Shown in pieces: positions 38,287 to 48,762 of a stretch of 64,000 nucleotides of DNA. The notes under the pieces are model-generated. The model did not search any database and was not told where the DNA came from. It was given only the letters and a program-made list of their open reading frames with translations. The translations under genes and the position numbers were made by a program. How positions within the stretch are numbered: the stretch's first letter is position 1; each line of letters begins with the position of its first letter. This stretch comes from Bacteroidales bacterium (GTDB taxonomy: Bacteria > Bacteroidota > Bacteroidia > Bacteroidales > CAIWKO01): positions 1-64,000 of the forward strand of contig DAOORA010000009.1 in NCBI GenBank assembly GCA_035389045.1. The letters run 5' to 3'.

Positions 38287-40230
38287 ATGTGCGGTATCTG
38301 CGGCATCGTTGAAAAAAACAAGGACAACAGTTCACTCATGGTAGATATGCTCAAGATCATTGAGCACCGCGGGCCTGATGATTTTGCTGTTCATTCTTAC
38401 AAGGATTTTTGCCTGGGACACCGCCGACTCTCCATCATTGACCTGAGCACCGGCAACCAGCCCATCTTCAACGAAGACAAAAGTATTTGCATAATATTTA
38501 ACGGCGAGATATACAATTATAATGAATTAAAAGCGGAACTTTTACAAAAAGGCCACACCTTTTACACGACCAGCGATACAGAAGTTATTGTGCATTTGTA
38601 TGAGGAAGAAGGCAACAATTTTTTTCATAAACTGAATGGTATTTTTGCGTTTGCACTTTTAGATAAAAATAAAGACAGGTTATTACTCGTACGTGATCAT
38701 TTTGGTGTAAAACCTTTGCATTATTACTTTAACAGTGGTTTGCTGATCTTCGGCTCGGAACAAAAAAGTATTTTACTGCATCCATCCGTCAGCCGAAGTA
38801 TCAATTATAATGCGCTTCACTCCCATCTAAACCTTCGGTACACTCAAAGAAATGAAACCCTTTTTGAAGGGATTAAACGTTTGCCGCCAGCTCATTTCCT
38901 CATATATGAAAATGATAATATAAACGTCCAGCGATACTGGGAACTCACGCCCAGACCAGACCCTGAAATGAATGAGGATGAATCCATCGAAATGATGCAC
39001 TTTTTTATCAAACAGGCTATTGACAGGCAACTGATGAGCGATGTACCGCTGGGTGTTTATCTTTCGGGCGGGATGGATTCATCGACCATTGTCCAGAAAA
39101 TGCACGAGTTGGGTGTTTCGCAGATCAATACATTTACCATGGGATTCAACGAGCCAACGGATGAATTTCCCGATGCAGAACAGATAGCAAAACATTTCGG
39201 CACCAATCACCATACCCTCTCACTGACATTGAACCCTATGCAGCAATTTCCAAAAGTTATCTGGCATGCCGAAGAGCCTAAAATAAACCTCCTGCAGGGT
39301 TACAATATGTCGAAATTTGTCAGAAAAGACATCACGGTAGTTCTTGGCGGGTTAGGTGGCGACGAACTGTTTGCAGGTTATGATATTCATAAATTCATTT
39401 ATCCGTTCAACAGATACCACAAACAAACCCCCTCATGGCTGCAAAACCTGTTGAAATGGAAATCGGCTCTGTTGTTCAAAATGCAAAATCCTACTCATAC
39501 CGTGACCCTCGATGAATACCGACGTGGGTTACAGATGCTGCTGGCCATTGGCGATATCGAAAGGTTTTACCTGATTTTGCGCAACGTCTGGGATTACGAC
39601 AAGGGCTTTTACAAGGAGATTTATCATCCTTCTTTTTATAAAATGATGTTGGAAAATTGTCAGAAGACTCACATTGAATTTGACGGATTTTTTGCCCGGT
39701 CGAAACAGATGAGTGGGCTGGACCAGGTGTTGTTCACAGAGTTTCAAAGTAAAATGGTGAATGATTACCTGCTGACCGAAGACCGTATGTCGATGGCCAA
39801 TTCTGTAGAGGAACGGGTACCATTTCTGGATCTGGACCTTGTTAATTTTGGATTTTCTATTCCGGTTCATTTGAAAATAAAGAACAACCAGACGAAGTAC
39901 CTTTTCCGGAAAGCCATGGCACAAAAACTCCCCCCGAAGATCATCAGCAAGAAAAAATGGGGATTTGCTGTGAATCCATATATACAGTTTCAGAAAGACC
40001 TGAAAACTACCGCCGAGGCGATACTCACACCTGAATTCATTGAAAAACAGGGTATTTTCAACTATCGTTACATAAAAAGGATACTTGATCATTCGCCGCA
40101 TCCTAAGATGCGCTGGCACTACAATTATTTGTGGATCGTGACAGGATTGGCTATCTGGCAAAAGATGTATATCGATTCAGATATGTTTAAAAACAAAGAA
40201 ATTGACATCAAAGATTATTATTCCAATTAG
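38287..40230 (+). CDS. asnB: Asparagine synthase (glutamine-hydrolysing)-family amidotransferase, probably acting on a polysaccharide
   Basis: MCGICG, HRGPD, LGHRRLSIID, FNGEIYN, LSGGMDSS, GGDELFAGY, DRMSMA.SVE.RVPFLD. Confidence 0.9.
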   Translation: MCGICGIVEKNKDNSSLMVDMLKIIEHRGPDDFAVHSYKDFCLGHRRLSIIDLSTGNQPIFNEDKSICIIFNGEIYNYNELKAELLQKGHTFYTTSDTEVIVHLYEEEGNNFFHKLNGIFAFALLDKNKDRLLLVRDHFGVKPLHYYFNSGLLIFGSEQKSILLHPSVSRSINYNALHSHLNLRYTQRNETLFEGIKRLPPAHFLIYENDNINVQRYWELTPRPDPEMNEDESIEMMHFFIKQAIDRQLMSDVPLGVYLSGGMDSSTIVQKMHELGVSQINTFTMGFNEPTDEFPDAEQIAKHFGTNHHTLSLTLNPMQQFPKVIWHAEEPKINLLQGYNMSKFVRKDITVVLGGLGGDELFAGYDIHKFIYPFNRYHKQTPSWLQNLLKWKSALLFKMQNPTHTVTLDEYRRGLQMLLAIGDIERFYLILRNVWDYDKGFYKEIYHPSFYKMMLENCQKTHIEFDGFFARSKQMSGLDQVLFTEFQSKMVNDYLLTEDRMSMANSVEERVPFLDLDLVNFGFSIPVHLKIKNNQTKYLFRKAMAQKLPPKIISKKKWGFAVNPYIQFQKDLKTTAEAILTPEFIEKQGIFNYRYIKRILDHSPHPKMRWHYNYLWIVTGLAIWQKMYIDSDMFKNKEIDIKDYYSN

Positions 40231-40274
40231 TTTCTCGCTGAGACGCAAAGACGCAGAATAAATAAGAAAAAGAA

Positions 40275-41297
40275 ATGAAATACTCAATAATAATCGCCAC
40301 ATACAACCGGTTGGAGGAGGTGAAAGAATTGCTTGCTTCAGCTGAGAACCTGGAGTTTCCTAGAGAAAAATTCGAGTTTGTTTTTTCTGACGACGGTTCC
40401 ACCGACGATACAGAGAAGTTTCTGAAAAGCTATCCGTCGGCCAGCGGCCTGAATATCCGCTATTTATACCAGCAGAACAAAGGCCCCGGCGAAGCACGCA
40501 ACCACGGCATGCGCGAATCACAAGGCGAATATTTCATTTTTGTGGATTCCGACTGTATGTTTCCGCCGGAATGGCTCCGCAGAATTGACGACCATCTGGC
40601 ACAAGAGCCTTTAGATGCATGGGGAGGACCCGACACCTGCCACGAAAGTTTTTCGCCGCTGCTCAAAGCCATTAACTATTCGATGACCTCGTTTATCGGG
40701 ACAGGCGGCACAAGAGGCGGCAAAAAATCAGTACAAAAAAAATTCTATCCCCGCAGTTTCAACATGGGCGTTTCCAAAAAAGTATTCGAAACCATCGGTG
40801 GTATGGGAAAACTCAGACACGGGCAGGATATGGAATTCTCAGGCCGTATTTATAATAATGAATTCAAAGTCGGGCTTATTGCCGATGCCTTTGTTTATCA
40901 TAAACGCCGTACTTCACTAAAACGTTTTTACAAACAGGTGTTCAACTGGGGCATTGCCCGTGTGAATTTAGGCCGGATAGACAAACAGATGTTTAAAGCG
41001 GTACATTTTCTGCCGGCCTTGCTCATTGCAGGGTTTGTTTTGCTCGTAGCGCTTACGCCTTTTCCGTTTTTTCCAAAATGGTTATGGCTGATTGTGCTTG
41101 CCGGTATGCTGGGTATTGCCGCCATTGCTTTTTTGCAATCTTATGCTCAATATAAAAATCTGAAAACCTCCTTGCTTTCCATCATCACCTTGTATATTCA
41201 GATTATTGCCTACGGACTGGGCATGTGGAAAGGACTGTTCCAGGTATGGACAGGTAAAAAAACCGCCTCGGGATTTTCGAAAAACTATTACAAATAA
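40275..41297 (+). CDS. GT2 glycosyltransferase
   Basis: SIIIATYNR, DDGS, GPGEARN, FVDSD, FYPRSFNMG, VYHKRR. Confidence 0.9.
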   Translation: MKYSIIIATYNRLEEVKELLASAENLEFPREKFEFVFSDDGSTDDTEKFLKSYPSASGLNIRYLYQQNKGPGEARNHGMRESQGEYFIFVDSDCMFPPEWLRRIDDHLAQEPLDAWGGPDTCHESFSPLLKAINYSMTSFIGTGGTRGGKKSVQKKFYPRSFNMGVSKKVFETIGGMGKLRHGQDMEFSGRIYNNEFKVGLIADAFVYHKRRTSLKRFYKQVFNWGIARVNLGRIDKQMFKAVHFLPALLIAGFVLLVALTPFPFFPKWLWLIVLAGMLGIAAIAFLQSYAQYKNLKTSLLSIITLYIQIIAYGLGMWKGLFQVWTGKKTASGFSKNYYK

Positions 41298-41959
41298 TTC
41301 CTTTCACCAAAAATTGCAGTACCCACCCTCACCATGGTTGAGCCTTCCTCAATGGCAAGCGGGTAATCGATGCTCATACCCATAGATATCTCAGAAAAAT
41401 ACTCCTTACCGGCGAAAAATTCCGATTTTAGCTGATGAAATATGTTTGCCAGAAACCTGAACTCTGCTCTCACAACGGCCTCGTCATCGACAAAACTGGC
41501 CATTCCCATCACACCGCATATCCTGACATTCCTCATCGCGAAATAATTATCCGAAAGCAAGATTTCACGGGCATTATCGATGATTAACCCGAATTTACTT
41601 TCTTCGGAGGCAATGTGAAACTCGAGCAAACAATCAATGATACGACCATTTTTTATAGCCTCCTTATTAATTTCGGCCAGCAATTTAAGACTGTCCACAC
41701 TTTGTATCAGTGAAACAAAAGGAGCTATGTATTTTACTTTGTTGGTCTGCAGATGCCCGATCATGTGCCATTGGATGTCGTCGGGCAGCAATGCTTTTTT
41801 TTCTGCCAATTCCTGTACCTTGTTTTCTCCGAATATCCTTTGACCGGCATCATAAGCTGCTACTATTTCTTTTACCGGCTGGGTTTTAGATACTACAACC
41901 AGTTGAACACCAGCAGGAAGTTGTTCTTGCAGACTTTTTATCTTATCAGATATTGTCAT
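41288..41959 (-). CDS. yggS: PLP homeostasis protein YggS/PROSC
   Basis: VVSKTQP, FGENKVQE, WHMIGHLQTNKVK, ISMGMS.DY..AIEEGSTMVRVGTAIFG. Confidence 0.95.
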   Translation of the reverse strand: MTISDKIKSLQEQLPAGVQLVVVSKTQPVKEIVAAYDAGQRIFGENKVQELAEKKALLPDDIQWHMIGHLQTNKVKYIAPFVSLIQSVDSLKLLAEINKEAIKNGRIIDCLLEFHIASEESKFGLIIDNAREILLSDNYFAMRNVRICGVMGMASFVDDEAVVRAEFRFLANIFHQLKSEFFAGKEYFSEISMGMSIDYPLAIEEGSTMVRVGTAIFGERNYL

Positions 41960-42253
41960 ATAATCTGAGGGTAAAAATACAAATTTTAGATTTCATAACA
42001 CTTTCACTTTCGGGAAATATAATCCCCCAAAATTATAATATTCAGGGAACACACTCCCCGAATATTATGTTTTTGGGTTATCCATAGCATATATCTGTAT
42101 GAAATGCCTTCAGAAAACTGCCTTTTTATGCCCTCTTTCATATCCCTGACATGAGGAGTCATCTTTTCATTTTAAGGAAACAGAAATAGCTGATCATCTT
42201 GGCTGGTGCTTGATATCAGTATATACTATGAGCCTTGTTCTTTAAATATCATC

Positions 42254-44722
42254 CTATTTATTATCTTCAAGTTTCTTAATACGTTTTTCATAACTCTCAT
42301 TGATAGCTTTCAACTCACTGATTGCAGATTTTAATAGGGTAACCTCTTCCAGTAGCTGGTTAATCATATTTTGCTGCGAAGTTTTGTCGCGGGCCAACTG
42401 CTGGACACCTGCCAGGGCAATACCATCGGGGTCCAGGGAATTTATGTGTTCATTGTCTTCGCCAAGGCCGAATGCTGCATAAAAATCCTGCGCCATTGGG
42501 CCAATATGTTCAATGGAAGGATCCTGTGCTTTATAACTCCAGCGGCTTATAGGCACCTGGACAAGTTTGTCAAGGATTTCTTTTCCATCGACCGGGCGTA
42601 TGTTACGTTTGAGTGTGCTGTCGGATACAGACGACCAGGAACTGCCACCGGGAGCAAGTAGAACACCTGCTGACAGCGTTCCATTTGAAAAGATCCTTGT
42701 ACCGCCTGCTGCACGTATTGTAAACTGATTATCTACAGTTGATGACACATCAGCGTTTGTTGCATCGCCAAATACCACCGAACCATGATGAATTGCTTTG
42801 GCCCTGTAACCAGTAGCAAAGGAATAACTACCTCCGGCAACCACCAGGTATCCTCCGGGGATAGTGGCAGCATAACCGGAATCTAAATTCATATAACCAC
42901 CGCCAACGCTCCCATAATAATTGTAAACCTTATTTGAATAACCTCCTGCTATGGTTCCACGATATCCGGAGTTTATATTAAAACGCCCTCCGCCTACGGC
43001 AGAGGCAGCGCCGCTTGCTTCATTACTGTCGCCTCCGCCAATGGTTGCCAGAGTTCCAACAGCCTTGTTCCCATAACCTCCACTTATTGTTGTATATGAA
43101 TCTTTAGCTTTGTTTTTATAGCCCCCGCTAACCGTTGAATACATAAATCCAGCACTATTGCTTCTTCCACCTCCGATAACAGCATATTTTCCGGAAGCGA
43201 CCTGATGGGTTGAATCCCTCCATGTTTGCAGGTCAACAGCACCGGAATCTCTGACGTTGGCGGTAACGTGCCCATTTCCCATTCCTATTGTTTGTATTTC
43301 ACCTGTATATTTAAATATCAGGCCGCGATCGCCAAGCTGAAGAAGAGCGGCAGGTGTTGCTACGCCAATACCTGTATTACCGTTTTTAAGCACGGTAACA
43401 GCATTTGCTGTTGCGGTGGGACTGGTACCATTGCCGATCACAAAAAGACGGTCGCTGATATCCCAGCCCGTTGCACTTGCAGGGGTGTAGAGGGTATTGT
43501 ATCTTCCGATAACTGTTTCATATCCGGAAGGAGCATCGGTTTTAAACCCAATAGCCATCGAGCAGGAACCTGATGCTGTAGTGTGGGCACCCATAGCAGT
43601 GGCATATGCTCCCGTAGCATTGGTCCAGTAGCCCATAGCATTGGAACCATAACCCAAGGCATTGGTAAAACTACCCAAAGTCACAGCATAATCACCTGTG
43701 GCATGAGCATTATAACCCAAGCCCATCGTAAAGGTCCCGATAGCCGTGGCATAACATCCCAGGGCAACCGAATTAAACCCTTTTGCCTTTGGGCTGTTTC
43801 CCAGAGCGATGGAATAACTGCCGATACTATCGGTATCCCAGTGGGTATCTGCTGCGCCTCCTGCCCTGAATGCGCCTTTATCAGGATACCACATCATACG
43901 GGTACCGCCTCCTATTGCCGGCGCGGGGCCGGGATTTGAGGATTTAAACGTTCCGGTAAACAAGACATTTCCGTTGCCTGTGGCAGTGTCGTGTATATGT
44001 AAAAGAGCAGCAGGGCTTGTTGTACCAATGCCCACATTGCCGGCGTTTGTATTATAAATATTATTTCCGCTCATCTTCCATAAGGTATCATGGTATGAGG
44101 CAATATTAACATAACCGCCGTTACTCAGGTAGATGGTGTCATGACCTATACTTAATACCTGTAGTTCATTGGTCACGGAACCATCAATTTCACTATCCAG
44201 TTTGCTATTCCACCATGCCGTATCTATTGCCGTGATACCACTTGCCACCGAAATACCAAAAATCGGGTCGGTTTCAGGATAAGTTCCTGTAATACTGCCT
44301 GCTGTTTTGGAATGTAATGCATAAGGCACGCTGATAAGCTGGGTAATTCCCATAGTCGTATATGTTGTTCCGCCGCTTTGATCAAGCTCCACTTTAATAT
44401 AATAAGGACCATTTGTCCAGTTTATTCCTGTCATGCTTCCATATTGCGGATTGCCAGCGCCGATCTTAAGCACAGAAATTCCATATGAATTTGTTGTATC
44501 TTTCTGTGTTTCAACATATACAGATGCACCATACATTGAGCCCTGAAGGATACTGAGCCGGAATGATACAGCCTGGTTTGTCAGGATATTACCTGCATTA
44601 TCCCTTACTACTGCCTGATAGTTGAACATTTCCGGCGCTTGTGCAAAAACTGATGTGCTGATTAGCTGATGTGCTAATGTGATGATAAAAATTGCTACTA
44701 ATTTTAGGATGTGTGTTTTCAT
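42254..44722 (-). CDS. Fibre-like protein A: shared N-domain, YadA/Hep-Hag repeats, GG repeats, C-terminal peptidase S74 intramolecular chaperone
   Basis: Signal + [14 protein letters not shown] domain; one [10 protein letters not shown] module; 14-15 aa repeats; SDSTLKRNI...HIGPMAQDF then coiled coil. Confidence 0.75.
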   Translation of the reverse strand: MKTHILKLVAIFIITLAHQLISTSVFAQAPEMFNYQAVVRDNAGNILTNQAVSFRLSILQGSMYGASVYVETQKDTTNSYGISVLKIGAGNPQYGSMTGINWTNGPYYIKVELDQSGGTTYTTMGITQLISVPYALHSKTAGSITGTYPETDPIFGISVASGITAIDTAWWNSKLDSEIDGSVTNELQVLSIGHDTIYLSNGGYVNIASYHDTLWKMSGNNIYNTNAGNVGIGTTSPAALLHIHDTATGNGNVLFTGTFKSSNPGPAPAIGGGTRMMWYPDKGAFRAGGAADTHWDTDSIGSYSIALGNSPKAKGFNSVALGCYATAIGTFTMGLGYNAHATGDYAVTLGSFTNALGYGSNAMGYWTNATGAYATAMGAHTTASGSCSMAIGFKTDAPSGYETVIGRYNTLYTPASATGWDISDRLFVIGNGTSPTATANAVTVLKNGNTGIGVATPAALLQLGDRGLIFKYTGEIQTIGMGNGHVTANVRDSGAVDLQTWRDSTHQVASGKYAVIGGGRSNSAGFMYSTVSGGYKNKAKDSYTTISGGYGNKAVGTLATIGGGDSNEASGAASAVGGGRFNINSGYRGTIAGGYSNKVYNYYGSVGGGYMNLDSGYAATIPGGYLVVAGGSYSFATGYRAKAIHHGSVVFGDATNADVSSTVDNQFTIRAAGGTRIFSNGTLSAGVLLAPGGSSWSSVSDSTLKRNIRPVDGKEILDKLVQVPISRWSYKAQDPSIEHIGPMAQDFYAAFGLGEDNEHINSLDPDGIALAGVQQLARDKTSQQNMINQLLEEVTLLKSAISELKAINESYEKRIKKLEDNK

Positions 44723-44736
44723 TTTTTTTGATTTTA

Positions 44737-45088
44737 TATAATGTTATGTTTTCTTTTCATGGTTGAAATAATGTTTCAGCAGTTTTTTTATGCTAAGTAG
44801 TTAAATAGTGAGTTTTTCCGGTTTGGGATAATGCTTTGACCGTGTGCATAATTCCGGCAAGTATCCGGTTTCATCAGCTTGCTTCGCAGCAATTTTGAGC
44901 TTATAAATAAAATCGGCATCACTTTCTGCATTTTGGGCTTCGTTTACATTTGCTCCTATTGAGGTACCTGAACTTATTAATTGACGTGCAATAACATATT
45001 TTCTCTTTTCTTCAAGCAATTCACAGTAATCAATGATGTTCAATGCGAACTCCAAACTCAGCTCAAGAATTTCATTTCTTTTTTCCAT
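44737..45088 (-). pseudogene. Degenerate four-helix-bundle (23S-IVS / bAvd-like) gene
   Basis: QLISSGTSIGANVNEAQNAES..DFIYKLKIA motif; in-frame TAA at 44801-44803 followed by LLSIKKLL and, after a frameshift, NIISTMKRK. Confidence 0.7.
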
Positions 45089-45493
45089 TATCCTTTTTAA
45101 TTAATATTAATAACATCGAATTATATAACATTAATCTGCTTCATCGAATAATCATCTAATAAGATAATCAACTCATCATTTCATCGGCTCATCATTATCA
45201 TCAATTCTAATTTCCAACCGGGACTATATTTATGCCCGACCCGGGTCGAATCCTTCCTTCCTTTATGAAAAAAACTAATATGCGCATGATTGATTACTAT
45301 TTCTGATTTTTTTATTTTCTTAAAAATAATAATATTCTTAAAAAAAACAGCCATAACCGCAATTCAACACTAATTTTCACGTATAACTTCAAACAACCTC
45401 ATAATTTTGTTCATGAATATTTATGTCAAAACTTGTCTGCACAACAATGCAACGATTTGATATTTAATAAATTCAGCAAAAAAGAAAATATTT

Positions 45494-48400
45494 TTAATCA
45501 CCTGAATATGAATCCCAGACTATCCCACTCATGTATTGTCCGTTCATATCATATATTTCAATTATCCCCATATTGAAATTATTAAGGGATGGCGTCAGTA
45601 TAATTTTAAGATCATCACCGGTTACAAGGTCCCATGTCACAGTATTTCCACTATTAAGTGTTCCCCAAGAACGCGTTCCGTTATGATAAGCAACATAACT
45701 CAACCTGTCAGTACTATTGCATCTGATAAGTATCCTCCCTGTGGCACCAACGGTTTCAAGTGTAGCATTATAGAAGGTGTGATATGTAGTAGCTGACGAA
45801 GAAACTATTGACAACCATTCTGTATGGAAATCCTGATGTTTACCATCAACCATATCGGCATTGAGATTTGTGTTAAGCGTTCCATTGGATAAGGGGATGT
45901 TTCCGCCGGAATTTCCGGTATTAAGTCCATCAAGCTGGTCGGCATTCAGGTTTGACACCAGAGTCGTAGAATTTACAGTCAGTGGAGACGTTCCTGTTGC
46001 AATGGTGGAGATCAGTTGATGGGTTGTTTTTATGGAACCACCTGCCACATCAAGTTTGGCTGCCGGGTTTGATGTTCCTATTCCGGTATTTCCATTTTTT
46101 AATATTACCAGGGCGTTACTTCTGTTTATACTGCTTGTTCCATTACCCACTACAAAAAGGCGGTCAGCGCCATTCCAGGTTGTTTTGCTCAAAGGAGTAT
46201 AATCTGTATTGAACAATCCAATTACGGTTTCATAGCCTGAAGGTGCGGTTAGATAATTTCCAATTGCTGCTGAACGATCTCCTGAAGCAGTTGTGTTATC
46301 CCCCATTGCTGCGGAAACATGTCCTGATGCCGTAGCTTGAACGCCCATGGCTGTTGAAAAATCTCCTGATGCTATTGTGGAATGTCCCATTGCTGTTGAA
46401 TAATTTCCCTTTGCTTTTGTGTTATATCCTGTTGCAACTGAGTAATTACCAATGCTGTCCTTGTCCCAGTGGGTTCCTGTCACATGTCCGACTCTGAAAG
46501 CTGCTTTATCAGGATACCACATCATGCGGGTGCCGGTACCGGAAACAGGCACATTTCCGGGACTTGTTGATTTATAAGAGCCAACGAATAACACATTACC
46601 TTCGCCCGTTCCTGTGCCGTTGGTGTGCAAAAGGGCGGTTGGTGTAATGGTGCCTATGCCAATATTGGTGCCATTGTTGTACAAACGGGAATTTGAAACC
46701 CATGAGCTGCCGTCGTGCCGGAGTGTTTGTCCTGATGCGCCCGATGGAAGCAGTCCTGTGTGGGTATGGTCTCCGGCAGCAACCTGCGTCGAAGCGGTTC
46801 CGATGGAAAGCTGTATCGTGGGATTTCCGGCCACGCCATCGCCATTGGTAACGGTACCCCCATTGCCGGACCATGTTATTGTGCGCCCTGCCACTGTTCC
46901 TGATCCCGTTCTTGCTATCAGTCCGTTAGTGGCAAGGTTATGCAATGCCAGCGCCTGCCCTGTGAGCCCAACAGTGGTAGCCGCACTGCCGTTATAGGTG
47001 AATATTGCCACCCCTGTTCCCTGAGTAAGATTCTGATGTGTGTGTCCTGCCATTGCAAATGAACTGGCATGCTGCCCGTCGAGCTGGTCGGCATTCAGGT
47101 TGGATACCAGGGTCGTTGAACTTACTGTCAGTGGAGGCATTCCTGTTGCGATAGAAGAGATCAGTTGATGGGTTGTTTGAATGGAACCACCTGCTACATC
47201 AAGTTTGGCTGTTGGTGTCGAAGTTCCGATACCAGCATTTCCATTTTTCAATATCACCAGGGCATCACTTTTGGCTATACTGCTTGTTCCATTACCCACT
47301 ATAAAAAGACGGTCTGAAGCATTCCATCCCGTATTACTTACAGGGGTATAATCCGTGTTAAATCTCCCTATTGCCATTTCATATCCTGAAGGTGCAGTTG
47401 TTTGATCTCCCATTGCTGTTGAAAGACTTCCTGAAGCTGTTGTATAATGCCCCATTGCTGTTGAGTAAGAACCTGAAGCAGTTGCACCAGTTCCCATTGC
47501 CATTGAATAACCTTCTGAAGCTGTTGTAAAATATCCCAATGCTGTTGAGTAATAACCTGAAGCAGTTGTTTGATCTCCCAGTGCTGTTGAATATATTCCT
47601 GAAGCAATTGTGTTACTTCCCATTGCTGTTGAATAATCTCCTGAAGCAGTTGAATAATGTCCCATTGCTATTGAAGAAATACCTGAAGCTGTCGTACTAT
47701 TTCCCATTGCTGCTGAATATATTCCTGAAGCTGTAGAAAAACGCCCCATTGCTGTTGAATAAGAACCCAAAGCCCTTGTAGAATGTCCAATTGATGTTGA
47801 AGCCATTCCTTTTGCTTTGGTGTTATAACCAGTAGCAACTGAGTAATAACCTATGCTGTCCTTGTCCCAGTAGTTTACTGTCAATCGTCCAGCTCTGAAA
47901 GCGGCCTTATCAGGATACCACATCATGCGTGTACCTGCCCCAGAGTCCGGAGCAGCACCTGGATTGGATGATTTATATTCCCCGGTAAACAACACATTGC
48001 CTTCACCTGTCCCTGTGCCGTAGGTATGTAGCAAGGCAGCAGGGCTTGTAGTTCCTATACCCACATTGCCGGAATTGGTATTAAAGATATCGTCTCCGAT
48101 CTTCTTCCATAAGGTATCGCTATAGGAAGCAATACTGACAAAACCTCCGTCGCTGAGATAGATGGTGTCGTGACTAAAACTTAATACCTGCAACTCATTG
48201 GTCACCGAACCATCAATTTCATTGTCCAGTTTGTTATTCCAGAATACTGTATCTGTTGCCGTGATACCGCCTGCCACCGAAACACCAAAAACAGGGTCCG
48301 TTTCCGGATAAGTTCCGGAAATACTGTCTGCCGTTTTGGAATGTATCGCATAAGGGACACTGATAAGTTGTGTCACCCCCATGGTGGTATAAGCTGTCCC

Positions 48401-48727
48401 GCCATTCTGGTCAAGCTCCACTTTTAAATAATAAGGACCATTTGTCCAGTTTATTCCTGTCATACTTCCATATTGTGGATTGCCGGCGCCGATCTTAAGC
48501 ACTGAAAGTCCATATGAATTTGTTGTATCTTTCTGCAATTCAATATACACAGATGTCCCATACATTGAACCCTGAATTATACTGATACGGAATGACACAG
48601 CCTGGTTTGACAGGATATTACCTGCATTATCCCTCACGACTGCCTGATAGTTGAATTGATCAGGAATCTGGGCAAATAAAGTGGTAACACATATTACACA
48701 GAAAATAACACTCAGAATTTTTTTCAT
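45494..48727 (-). CDS. Fibre-like protein B: shared N-domain, two YadA/Hep-Hag modules, phage tail-fibre-like segments
   Basis: [14 protein letters not shown]; two [10 protein letters not shown] modules; STAMG..TTASG repeats; duplicated [15 protein letters not shown]. Confidence 0.75.
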   Translation of the reverse strand: MKKILSVIFCVICVTTLFAQIPDQFNYQAVVRDNAGNILSNQAVSFRISIIQGSMYGTSVYIELQKDTTNSYGLSVLKIGAGNPQYGSMTGINWTNGPYYLKVELDQNGGTAYTTMGVTQLISVPYAIHSKTADSISGTYPETDPVFGVSVAGGITATDTVFWNNKLDNEIDGSVTNELQVLSFSHDTIYLSDGGFVSIASYSDTLWKKIGDDIFNTNSGNVGIGTTSPAALLHTYGTGTGEGNVLFTGEYKSSNPGAAPDSGAGTRMMWYPDKAAFRAGRLTVNYWDKDSIGYYSVATGYNTKAKGMASTSIGHSTRALGSYSTAMGRFSTASGIYSAAMGNSTTASGISSIAMGHYSTASGDYSTAMGSNTIASGIYSTALGDQTTASGYYSTALGYFTTASEGYSMAMGTGATASGSYSTAMGHYTTASGSLSTAMGDQTTAPSGYEMAIGRFNTDYTPVSNTGWNASDRLFIVGNGTSSIAKSDALVILKNGNAGIGTSTPTAKLDVAGGSIQTTHQLISSIATGMPPLTVSSTTLVSNLNADQLDGQHASSFAMAGHTHQNLTQGTGVAIFTYNGSAATTVGLTGQALALHNLATNGLIARTGSGTVAGRTITWSGNGGTVTNGDGVAGNPTIQLSIGTASTQVAAGDHTHTGLLPSGASGQTLRHDGSSWVSNSRLYNNGTNIGIGTITPTALLHTNGTGTGEGNVLFVGSYKSTSPGNVPVSGTGTRMMWYPDKAAFRVGHVTGTHWDKDSIGNYSVATGYNTKAKGNYSTAMGHSTIASGDFSTAMGVQATASGHVSAAMGDNTTASGDRSAAIGNYLTAPSGYETVIGLFNTDYTPLSKTTWNGADRLFVVGNGTSSINRSNALVILKNGNTGIGTSNPAAKLDVAGGSIKTTHQLISTIATGTSPLTVNSTTLVSNLNADQLDGLNTGNSGGNIPLSNGTLNTNLNADMVDGKHQDFHTEWLSIVSSSATTYHTFYNATLETVGATGRILIRCNSTDRLSYVAYHNGTRSWGTLNSGNTVTWDLVTGDDLKIILTPSLNNFNMGIIEIYDMNGQYMSGIVWDSYSGD
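47400..47830 (-). repeat. 42-nt tandem repeat (about 10 units) encoding 14-aa Hep-Hag repeats
   Basis: CCCATTGCTGTTGAA-like core recurring every 42 nt from about 47409 to 47787. Confidence 0.85.
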
Positions 48728-48762
48728 TTTATTTAGATTATGAACTCATATATGATTTTAAA

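Noticed and set aside
40233..40258. Short GACGCAAA-like repeat after asnB
   Set aside because: Only two to three degenerate units; too short to support a call.
47400..47830. CRISPR array
   Set aside because: The 42-nt periodicity is in-frame coding repeat with degenerate units, not identical repeats with unique spacers; no cas genes.
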